A program made the position numbers and the translations under genes. The notes below the pieces were generated by a model that saw nothing but the letters and a program-made list of their open reading frames with translations, was not told the origin of the DNA and ran no database searches. Shown here one piece after another: positions 15,931 through 23,197 of a DNA stretch of 24,000 bases. The first letter of the stretch is position 1. Each line of letters opens with the position of its first letter. Location of the stretch: NCBI RefSeq assembly GCF_004851605.1, contig NZ_CP031093.1, positions 2,580,692 to 2,604,691 of the forward strand, read 5' to 3'. Source of the DNA: Hydrocarboniclastica marina (lineage in GTDB: Bacteria; Pseudomonadota; Gammaproteobacteria; Pseudomonadales; Oleiphilaceae).

Positions 15931-16932
15931 ATGCAAAAAATACGCTTTAGCAGGAACAAGAACCAGCGCAATTTCGGTCTGGGCCACCACCCGGGCTACG
16001 CCGCGCAGGTCGCTCTCGCACAAATGTATGGAGGAGACAAGCATTACTACACCCGCTTCACCCATCGTGCCAGATTTGAGCATTGTCTGAACTGGGCGTC
16101 GGAACTCGACATCCCAATTCGCGATCTGCGCCAGATCACATTGGCACACGCCGTCGAGTACGGACAGGCCCTCGCGGATTCTGTCGCCTCTGGAGGTATG
16201 GAGGTTGCCTATGCACAGAACCTCATCTCGACGTTGAATGTCGTCATGCGGGCAGTCCGCCGAGACCGAAAAGTTTGGCTATCGCCGGCCGGCGTGGTCG
16301 GCAAACGATCCTACGTTAGAACGGTTTTGCCAACGGCCACATGGGATAAAGTGATAGAGGCAGTGAGGTTGGCAGAAACCGCGGGCAACTATCGAGGAGC
16401 AGCTCTGGTTCTGCTGTGGCGAGCGTTCGGTATGCGCTTCAGGGAAGCGGCCCAGGCTAACCTCCACCGGATGATGACTGAGGCTCAAGCCTACGGTACC
16501 GCGCGGGTATTGGAAGGAACGAAAGGAGGTTTCAGATCTGATGATAGGAGGATCAGGATTGAAAGTGTCCAGTGGCAAGCTCTTGACTACGCACTTCACA
16601 CAATTTCCATTTCGGGGACGTGCCTGATTGATACAAACACATCCCTCAAAGAATTCCTCAATCGGCACGCCAGCCCCATGCGCCAGATTCTCAAACAGGT
16701 CGGAATCCAATGCCCGAAAGATTTACGTGCGGAGCGATTTATAGACGTCTACGAGCGAGCGAGCGGTCAGCCAGCTCCGCTGAAACAATACGGGTCGTTC
16801 GACAGGGAAGCGGACGCCATAGGCAGACTCGCTGTAGGTCATGAGGGGGGTCATAAACGCCCGACAATCTCAACGTCTTACGTGGGCGAACGGCATCGGA
16901 CCAACCACGGAGAAGGGAGACCCAGGCGATGA
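15931..16932 (+). CDS. Tyrosine recombinase / integrase-domain protein (Integrase_1-like with an N-terminal SAM-like domain)
   Basis: 333 aa. Candidate catalytic residues: Arg in AFGMRFREA, Lys in EGTKGGF, KDLRAERF (HxxR-like), GHEGG, and Tyr in TSYVG. The N-terminus (...THRARFEHCLNWASELDIPIRDLRQITLAHAVEY) resembles phage-integrase N-terminal SAM-like domains. Confidence 0.65.
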   Translation: MQKIRFSRNKNQRNFGLGHHPGYAAQVALAQMYGGDKHYYTRFTHRARFEHCLNWASELDIPIRDLRQITLAHAVEYGQALADSVASGGMEVAYAQNLISTLNVVMRAVRRDRKVWLSPAGVVGKRSYVRTVLPTATWDKVIEAVRLAETAGNYRGAALVLLWRAFGMRFREAAQANLHRMMTEAQAYGTARVLEGTKGGFRSDDRRIRIESVQWQALDYALHTISISGTCLIDTNTSLKEFLNRHASPMRQILKQVGIQCPKDLRAERFIDVYERASGQPAPLKQYGSFDREADAIGRLAVGHEGGHKRPTISTSYVGERHRTNHGEGRPRR

Positions 16933-17279
16933 ATCTCAGCTACATCTATAGACGCATCAAGGCCAAGGAAGGCGCTGAGAGGGCGCGAAGGCGCCATCTT
17001 AACCGTATTGCGAAAATGACTTCGGCTATCGAGCAACGGTTTCCCAAGGTCAAACGCGTGCAGCAGATAGATCAGAAACATTGCAAATGGCTGATTGAGC
17101 ACTGGTGCAACCCGTCCACGGAGAAAGATTATCGAAGCTCGCTTCGTCTCTTGTTGGAGGCCTCCGACCGTAGTCCGGAGTGGCTAAAACAGCTGGGAAT
17201 GGCCTCGACCTCAACTGGTGGACGTCCACGAGAAGTGTCCGTTGTGCGTTCACGATCATCGAGGTACTGGATGGAGTGA
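16929..17279 (+). CDS. Hypothetical protein, possibly a stand-alone integrase N-terminal SAM-like domain
   Basis: ATGA overlap with the recombinase stop. RFPKVKRVQQIDQKHCKWLIEHW resembles the I(G)xKHxxW core of integrase N-terminal domains. Basic protein. Confidence 0.45.
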   Translation: MNLSYIYRRIKAKEGAERARRRHLNRIAKMTSAIEQRFPKVKRVQQIDQKHCKWLIEHWCNPSTEKDYRSSLRLLLEASDRSPEWLKQLGMASTSTGGRPREVSVVRSRSSRYWME

Positions 17280-17417
17280 GACACGCTGCGTCTGGTGTAT
17301 TATGCAAGCTGAAGTCGGTACTGTGTCCGACACTATTCACTAATGAGCTCCGGACCAAAACTCAGCAGTACTGAGCCGAAGATCCTCTGGTTCATATGTG
17401 CGAAGTGGTGAGGAAAC

Positions 17418-17717
17418 GTGAGCAAGGTGAAGCCAGCTGACAACCTGAGAGAATTTGTGCGGATACGCCATGATCTTGCCGACTTAACAGAATGCCGGGA
17501 GGATGTCAGTGAGCAGAGTATGGAGGAACTCCAGAACAGAGCGTGGGAAGAGGTCCTTGCGTTGTTCGAGGGGGATGAAACTGGTGCTCGGGGGTGGATG
17601 AAACGAAACAGACCGTATCTGGGCAACGTCACGCCAGAGGAAATGCTGGATTCTGCAGAAGGCATTCGCCGTCTACGGCAATTTGTTCAACAGTTAGAGA
17701 GAGGCGTCCTTCCGTAG
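17418..17717 (+). CDS. DUF2384 antitoxin-domain protein, copy C (with a 34-aa N-terminal extension)
   Basis: ...MEELQNRAWEEVLALFEGDETGARGWMKRNRPYLGNVTPEEMLDSAEGIRRLRQFVQQLERGVLP aligns with copy A along its whole core. GTG start at 17418 with GAGG 5 nt upstream; alternative ATG at 17520. Confidence 0.6.
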   Translation: MSKVKPADNLREFVRIRHDLADLTECREDVSEQSMEELQNRAWEEVLALFEGDETGARGWMKRNRPYLGNVTPEEMLDSAEGIRRLRQFVQQLERGVLP

Positions 17718-17740
17718 TACGACGAAAAATCAGCGAATTA

Positions 17741-17764
17741 CCTCGATCGCGCTTGCGATCGAGG
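17741..17764. terminator. Hairpin between convergent genes (possible bidirectional terminator)
   Basis: Perfect 10-bp stem CCTCGATCGC-GCTT-GCGATCGAGG. On the minus strand a T5 run follows 12 nt downstream. Confidence 0.5.
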
Positions 17765-17785
17765 CTCCGGACAGAAACCTCCCTT

Positions 17786-17997
17786 TCAGTGGCTCTTTAT
17801 CGCGTCGCGCATAAAATCAGCACCAGTCTCAATGTTCATCGTGGCGTGAAGCCGGTGCGGCTCGTCAGAATTGCGGTACATATCCAGAGTAATCCAGTCC
17901 TCACCTCGCCGCATTTGGATTGTCAGGTGCATCTCGTCAAAACCGACTGCTTAGAAAGAGCAGCAGCCAGTTGCTGTGCCTGCGTCATGTATTCCAT
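17786..17997 (-). pseudogene. 70-aa hypothetical protein split by a homopolymer frameshift; second gene of the small-protein C operon
   Basis: GGGAG SD lies 6 nt before the ATG at 17997, which is 12 nt after the upstream stop. Frame 1 is MEYMTQAQQLAAALSKQSVLTRCT*. The adjacent frame is ...FDEMHLTIQMRRGEDWITLDMYRNSDEPHRLHATMNIETGADFMRDAIKSH*. Adding one T to TTTT (plus A4 at 17939-17942) fuses them. A 48-aa ORF starting at MHLTIQ could alternatively stand alone. Confidence 0.4.
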
Positions 17998-18009
17998 TGG
18001 GTGCTCCCG

Positions 18010-18264
18010 TCAGAACCAAGTGTCGGTTTTGATATCGCCAAGCTGGTCCGCCGCCGCACTGAGCCCGGGGGAACTCTGTATTGATGATCCGGAAATGTCC
18101 GTTTTGGTGTCCAGGGCTTCCATCGTCTCGGTAATAGTGGCTGTCTGGCCGTCAGAACAAGTCAGTTCAAGTGTCACTTTCGCGTTTTTGAAGTGTTCGA
18201 TGGTCCAGGCAATAATGAGCGCCTCCTTCAAGACATCACTGGTCTGACTGCATTGATACTGCAT
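18010..18264 (-). CDS. Small acidic Ser/Thr-rich protein, paralog C (84 aa), unknown function
   Basis: MQYQCSQTSDVLKEALIIAWTIEHFKNAKVTLELTCSDGQTATITETMEALDTKTDISGS... is paralogous to 13466..13714. GAAGGA SD. The 59-codon N-terminal extension in the track covers the conserved promoter and is probably not translated. Confidence 0.55.
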   Translation of the reverse strand: MQYQCSQTSDVLKEALIIAWTIEHFKNAKVTLELTCSDGQTATITETMEALDTKTDISGSSIQSSPGLSAAADQLGDIKTDTWF

Positions 18265-18300
18265 CTGCGAATTCCTTCTGAAATAGTGGTTAAGTTGTTC

Positions 18301-18343
18301 GACCGGTCTGATTTCAAGATACACGAATTCACCGTTTGACCTA
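18301..18343 (-). promoter_or_regulatory. Conserved promoter (TAGGTC-N16-TATCTT) and GACCGGTC palindrome of small-protein gene C
   Basis: By hand count, 44/60 nt are identical to 13377-13436 in inverted orientation. Spacing of -35, -10 and palindrome is identical. Confidence 0.4.
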
Positions 18344-18556
18344 GCGATTGGCTCCGAGTCTGGGTGAAGGTATCCTTGAGGAAGGTGTGAGCAGTCGGAT
18401 AGGAAGCTGGATAGCACGAGGAAAGCGTTCCGCGCAGGCATAGATTAGTTGCGCAGCGGTAGAAGATTGGTCGCTTTCTAAGCGATCCGGGGATGATGGG
18501 ACTAATGATGGGACAACCACACAGCTCATTCTAATCAATTGATTCGAAAGAGATAG

Positions 18557-18632
<76 letters not shown>

Positions 18633-18805
18633 GCGGGAGGAATTATAGAGGGGTGAATAGTAGGAATCCACGCAATTTTTCAGGCACGACGCAGTCGCAG
18701 GCTCGAGCCAAAAAAGTCACTCTTTCACAGTTCTATCGTTACCGGGGGTATTTAGGTCAAACAAATTATTCTGAGGTTAACACTGTTCTCACTTTTTGGA
18801 TGGCT

Positions 18806-18846
18806 AAAAACGAAGAGCGCCCCTAAAGGGACGCTCTCTTTTTTTA
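18806..18846 (-). terminator. Bidirectional rho-independent terminator downstream of pilA
   Basis: Stem AGAGCGCCCC-TAAA-GGGACGCTCT with one mismatch. It is flanked by A5 (18806-18810) and T7 (18839-18845) and lies 18 nt after the pilA stop. Confidence 0.75.
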
Positions 18847-18863
18847 GCTAAACCAGTCAGCCG

Positions 18864-19364
18864 TTAGACCTGGGCACCAGCAAGCGTACAGCCAGAGGGT
18901 ACGTACGAGTTCTTAAATGCGCCCGGAGGAGTTGTAAGATCGCAAGTCCAAGTGCCATTGGCAGCGCGGGTCAAAGTAATAGTTGTCGTCGCAACCGGCG
19001 CACTCGCGTCACCACCCAAGATCACTACGAGGGTACCAGTGCCACCGTTCGCAGCGGCAAATGTTGGAACGAAAGTATCAGCGCCTGCAGCATTTTCTGT
19101 GATGTTGGAGGCAGTACGACCCAGAGTCGCCGCAGCCATTGGTGTATTAGCACTATCGGTAAATTTGCCACGAGACAGATGCTCTTCCACGGCCGTCTTA
19201 AGCGAGGAAACCTCACCGTAAGCGCGGTTGACCTGCGTGCGTGCAATGTAATCCTGATACTGCGGGATAGCGATCGCAGCCAGAATACCGATAATCGCTA
19301 CAACAATCATCAGTTCGATAAGGGTGAAACCCTTTTGAGCGTGGTTCATTTGAATGCTTTTCAT
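18864..19364 (-). CDS. pilA: Type IVa major pilin
   Basis: Leader ...AQKG followed by [28 protein letters not shown]-terminal disulfide loop [19 protein letters not shown]. The GGAG SD supports the ATG at 19364. An ATG at 19349 would give a canonical 7-aa leader. Confidence 0.9.
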   Translation of the reverse strand: MKSIQMNHAQKGFTLIELMIVVAIIGILAAIAIPQYQDYIARTQVNRAYGEVSSLKTAVEEHLSRGKFTDSANTPMAAATLGRTASNITENAAGADTFVPTFAAANGGTGTLVVILGGDASAPVATTTITLTRAANGTWTCDLTTPPGAFKNSYVPSGCTLAGAQV

Positions 19365-19446
19365 CTATTGAATCTCCAGTGGTTTTACAACTTATCGACT
19401 TCGCGATCGCTGTCAGTTTGAGACGTCGTGAGCCTTGACTGGTTGG

Positions 19447-19463
19447 TTGCAGGCGACGTGCCA
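19447..19463 (-). promoter_or_regulatory. Sigma-54 (-24/-12) promoter of pilA
   Basis: The minus strand reads TGGCAC-GTCGC-CTGCA with GG-N10-GC spacing. It lies 83 nt upstream of the pilA ATG. Confidence 0.65.
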
Positions 19464-19572
19464 ATTGCAAGAAAATGTTAAATCCTTCTGAAGAAACAGA
19501 TACATACCTGTTTTTCCTAAGTGGATCCCAGCACAGCTGCGGCTCGGTAAATGACGCGTGCGGGCAGCCGGG

Positions 19573-19589
19573 GTGACGTGGAGCGTCAC
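19573..19589. promoter_or_regulatory. Perfect dyad GTGACG-N5-CGTCAC; candidate enhancer-binding-protein (PilR-like) site
   Basis: 17-bp inverted repeat about 110 bp upstream of the sigma-54 promoter. An AT-rich stretch lies between them. Confidence 0.4.
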
Positions 19590-19784
19590 TTCCATCCTCA
19601 CCAGGGCCGAAACCTCAACGGGAAACTCCGGTCAGGCTTCTAGCGAAGCCGACTTCCTTTCCAAACCCAGGACCAACATCTAAACTGCTGAATTCAGACG
19701 CCGTTACGCGCAAAGTCATACGCATGTACACCCTGACGCGCCTTCCCGGTGGTTCGGTCAACCTCCAGATAGACAGCAGGACCT

Positions 19785-21500
19785 ATGGCTCAACTAACAT
19801 CCAACGTCGTTCTCACCGGTCTGGCCCGTCGCTTTGTTGACGATGGTCTGCTGGAGGAGTCTGTTGCTAGGGATGCCTTTGTTCAGGCGAACCAGAACAA
19901 GATTCCGCTCATTGCCTACCTGGTGCAAAAGGATCTGGCAAACAGCCGTGCGTTGGCTTACTCAGCGGGCATGGAGTTTGGAGTGCCGGTGCTGGACCTG
20001 GCGGCGTATTTGCCAGAGAGCATGCCCGAAGGCTTGGTCGACGATAAGCTGATACGCAAACATAACGCATTGCCTCTCTTTAAGCGGGGCAATCGCCTGT
20101 TTATTGCTGTGTCCGATCCTACCAACGTGCAGGGCCTGGACGAGATAAAGTTCAACACCGGCCTGAGTACGGATGCGGTGCTCGTTGACGAACGCGGCCT
20201 CGGAGAGGCCATTTCCCGGTACCTCGACTCTCAAGATACTTCCATGGAAGGCATGGACGATGCCGATCTGGAGGATGTGGAAACGTCCGGTGGGGATGAG
20301 GAAGACGAGTCGGCCGCAATAAAGCCTAGCGATGTTGACGATGCGCCGATCGTTAAATACGTCAACAAGATGTTGCTCGACGCGATTCGCCAGGGGTCGT
20401 CGGATGTTCACTTTGAGCCTTACGAGAAAATCTACCGAGTACGCTACCGGACTGATGGCATTCTGCGGGAGGCTTCCAAGCCGTCCGTTAAACTGGGCAG
20501 CAAGATTGCGGCCCGAGTAAAGATCATGGCGCAATTGGACATTTCCGAACGTCGGGTGCCCCAGGACGGTCGGATCAAGATGAAGCTGTCCAAGACCAAG
20601 GCCATCGATTTTCGGGTGAACACCCTGCCGACGCTATGGGGTGAGAAAATCGTGCTGCGGATTCTGGACCCCAGCCAAGCCAAATTGGGCATTGACGCGC
20701 TAGGGTACGAGGAAGATCAGAAAGAGCTTTATCTCAACGCTCTTAAACAGCCCCAGGGTATGATTCTTGTTACGGGACCAACGGGGTCAGGTAAGACCGT
20801 TTCCCTTTATACCGGTATAAACATTCTCAATACGCACGAAATCAATATATCCACGGCGGAAGACCCGGCGGAGATCAACCTGGAGGGAGTAAACCAGGTC
20901 AATGTGAATAACCGGGTGGGCCTGACCTTTGCTGAAGCACTGCGGTCGTTCCTGCGGCAGGATCCGGATGTGATCATGGTCGGGGAGATCCGGGACCTGG
21001 AGACGGCTAACATCGCCATCAAGGCCGCGCAAACCGGCCACTTGGTGCTTTCTACCCTGCACACGAATAGCGCCGCGGAAACGCTGACCCGCATGATCAA
21101 TATGGGCGTTCCTGCGTTTAACATTGCCACGTCTGTGAGCCTGATCATCGCCCAGCGCCTGGGCCGCCGGCTCTGTAGTTGTAAGGAGAAGGCGGATATT
21201 CCGCGTGACGTCCTGCTCAAGGAAGGGTTCACCGAGGCACAGCTGGACGCAGGCGTGACGATATACAGGCCCAAAGGCTGTGAGAAGTGTGTCGGAGGCT
21301 ACAAAGGCCGTGTAGGGATCTATGAGGTGGTAAAGATCACGCCGCAGATGTCTTCCATGATTATGGAAGAAGCCAGTTCAATTGAAATTGCCCAGCAGGC
21401 GAAATCTGAAGGCTTCCGTAACCTCCGGGAGTCTGCCTTAAGGAAAGTTATGGAGGGGGTTACGAGCCTTGAGGAGGCCAACCGGGTTACCAAGGATTGA
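19785..21500 (+). CDS. pilB: Type IV pilus assembly ATPase
   Basis: 571 aa. Walker A GPTGSGKT, Asp and His boxes, tetracysteine CSC...CEKC, and a GspE-N-like N-terminus. Confidence 0.95.
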   Translation: MAQLTSNVVLTGLARRFVDDGLLEESVARDAFVQANQNKIPLIAYLVQKDLANSRALAYSAGMEFGVPVLDLAAYLPESMPEGLVDDKLIRKHNALPLFKRGNRLFIAVSDPTNVQGLDEIKFNTGLSTDAVLVDERGLGEAISRYLDSQDTSMEGMDDADLEDVETSGGDEEDESAAIKPSDVDDAPIVKYVNKMLLDAIRQGSSDVHFEPYEKIYRVRYRTDGILREASKPSVKLGSKIAARVKIMAQLDISERRVPQDGRIKMKLSKTKAIDFRVNTLPTLWGEKIVLRILDPSQAKLGIDALGYEEDQKELYLNALKQPQGMILVTGPTGSGKTVSLYTGINILNTHEINISTAEDPAEINLEGVNQVNVNNRVGLTFAEALRSFLRQDPDVIMVGEIRDLETANIAIKAAQTGHLVLSTLHTNSAAETLTRMINMGVPAFNIATSVSLIIAQRLGRRLCSCKEKADIPRDVLLKEGFTEAQLDAGVTIYRPKGCEKCVGGYKGRVGIYEVVKITPQMSSMIMEEASSIEIAQQAKSEGFRNLRESALRKVMEGVTSLEEANRVTKD

Positions 21501-21526
21501 GGTGACAGTGGCCGAGCGGTGTTAGT

Positions 21527-21714
21527 GGTGGGCATTGCCCACCCTACGGGGTCGAGTTGGGCGTAGGATGCGCAATGCGCATCATGATCCGGCCGTCGAT
21601 ATTTGTTGGTGCGCGGTGCGCACCCTACGGGTCGAGTTGGGTGTAGGGTGCGCAATGCGCACCATGGTCCCGCCGTCGATATTCGCTGGTGCGCGGTGCG
21701 CACACTACGTGTCC
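21527..21714. repeat. REP/BIME-like cluster: about 2.3 tandem copies of an 80-81-bp unit built from alternating palindromes
   Basis: Units start at 21527, 21608 and 21688. The palindromes are GGTGGGCATTGCCCACC-CTAC, GTAGG-ATGCGCAATGCGCAT, GGTGCGCGGTGCGCACC-CTAC, GTAGG-GTGCGCAATGCGCAC and GGTGCGCGGTGCGCAC-ACTAC. Confidence 0.85.
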
Positions 21715-21865
21715 ACACTGGGAGCACTCCAACCTTACGATGCCGCCAAATTGTGAGCAGATTGTCAAAAACCGGCTATGCTCGATCTATGGAACTTCTA
21801 AATACTCAAGCTCACCACGTAGCTGAGTAGTCGGCCCCCTCCAAGCATTGCAGACCAGGTAAACC

Positions 21866-23086
21866 ATGGCAGCGAAAGCGGAAAAAGTATCCACCTTCAT
21901 CTGGGAAGGCAAAGACCGCAAGGGTAACAAAGCCCACGGCGAAATCACTGGCACCAACCCGGCTCTGATCAAGGCTCAGCTGCGCAAGCAGGGCATGATG
22001 CCGCAGAAGGTCAAAAAGAAACCCAAGCCTCTTTTTGGCGGCAAAAAGAAGATTACACCCTTTGATATTGCCCTGTTCACACGCCAACTGGCAACCATGA
22101 TGCGCGCGGGCGTTCCGCTGGTGCAGTCGTTTGATATTGTTTCTGACGGTGCGGAAAACGCTGCGCTGCAGGAACTGATCCAGAATATTCGCAATGATGT
22201 TGCTTCGGGTAACAGTTTCGCCAATGCGTTGCGCAAGTTTCCGCGACACTTTGATGATCTGTATTGCAATCTGGTGGACTCGGGAGAGAAGGCTGGTGCG
22301 CTTGAAAGCTTGCTTGATCGCATCGCAACCTATCTTGAAAAAACAGAACTCCTTAAGAAAAAAATCAAAAAGGCGATGACGTATCCGATCGCCGTTGTCG
22401 TAGTCGCAATCATCGTGACGGCGATTCTGCTTGTTAAAGTGGTACCTCAGTTTGAAACCCTGTTCCAAGGGTTCGGTGCCGACCTTCCGGTCTTTACTCA
22501 AATGGTAGTAAACCTTTCAGACTGGATGCAGACGTGGTGGTTCGTAATACTTATTGGTATTGTCGGAACCGTAATGGGCTTCAAAGAAGCTGTGCGCCGA
22601 TCCCAGAAGTTTTCCGATGCAGTGGACAAATACATCCTCAAGCTCCCCGTGGTCGGCGACATTCTCGACAATTCAGCGGTAGCGAAATTCGCCCGCGTTC
22701 TCTCTACGACTTTTGCTGCAGGGGTTCCTCTGGTGGATGCGCTCGATTCTGTGGCCGGAGCCACGGGTAACGCGATCTATCGGGATGCCGTATTCAAGAT
22801 CAAAGATGACGTCTCCAGCGGTACTCAGCTACAGGTTTCTATGAAACAGACCGACGTATTCCCAACTATGGCGGTCCAGCTGACAGCTATCGGCGAGGAA
22901 ACCGGTAACCTGGATGAGATGCTGAGCAAAGTTGCAGAACACTACGAGGCCATGGTCGACGACATGGTCGACAATCTCACAGCCCTGATGGAACCCATGA
23001 TCATGGCGGTGTTGGGGGTTCTGGTTGGTGGTTTGATAATCGCCATGTACCTGCCGATATTCCAGATGGGCCAGGTCGTCGGTTAA
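21866..23086 (+). CDS. pilC: Type IV pilus inner-membrane platform protein
   Basis: 406 aa with duplicated GspF/PilC domains. MAAKAEKVSTFIWEGKDRKG... is a typical PilC N-terminus. Confidence 0.95.
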   Translation: MAAKAEKVSTFIWEGKDRKGNKAHGEITGTNPALIKAQLRKQGMMPQKVKKKPKPLFGGKKKITPFDIALFTRQLATMMRAGVPLVQSFDIVSDGAENAALQELIQNIRNDVASGNSFANALRKFPRHFDDLYCNLVDSGEKAGALESLLDRIATYLEKTELLKKKIKKAMTYPIAVVVVAIIVTAILLVKVVPQFETLFQGFGADLPVFTQMVVNLSDWMQTWWFVILIGIVGTVMGFKEAVRRSQKFSDAVDKYILKLPVVGDILDNSAVAKFARVLSTTFAAGVPLVDALDSVAGATGNAIYRDAVFKIKDDVSSGTQLQVSMKQTDVFPTMAVQLTAIGEETGNLDEMLSKVAEHYEAMVDDMVDNLTALMEPMIMAVLGVLVGGLIIAMYLPIFQMGQVVG

Positions 23087-23197
23087 GGCTTAATCCAGCC
23101 ATCGGCCAAATTAGAAGAGCTCTTCCCTGTCACGGGGCGGAGCTTTTTGTTACTGAGGCCTAGCTCCCTGCCACTGCAGCAACAACCGAGTCTGATT

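Larger units (their letters stand above)
13051..18556. mobile_element. Putative degenerate integrative island or accessory segment abutting the 3' end of tRNA-Thr
   Basis: Contains a tyrosine-recombinase gene, TA-like antitoxin-domain genes, a truncated gene fragment and low coding density. Composition looks more AT-rich than the flanks by eye. Sits next to a tRNA 3' end. I found no att direct repeat, so the boundaries are approximate. Confidence 0.4.

Noticed and set aside
17594-18441. 217-aa plus ORF 17594..18247, and the 59-codon N-terminal extension of the 18010..18441 ORF
   Set aside because: The plus ORF is antisense to two SD-supported minus genes. The extension covers the conserved promoter/operator, and its frame is not preserved relative to the homologous DNA of module A.
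19687-19697. GCTGAATTCAG upstream of pilB as a sixth PhoP-type box
   Set aside because: Only one ATTCAG half-site is present. The hexamer 11 bp upstream (TAAACT) does not match.
21527-21714. Possible CRISPR array
   Set aside because: The 80-bp units are contiguous tandem copies with no unique spacers. The repeats are REP-type palindromes and there are no cas genes.
19962-22501. Minus-strand ORFs inside pilB (190 aa, 155 aa), across the REP array (135 aa) and inside pilC (229 aa, 115 aa)
   Set aside because: They lie opposite strongly recognisable pilB and pilC, or consist of translated REP palindromes. There is no independent support.
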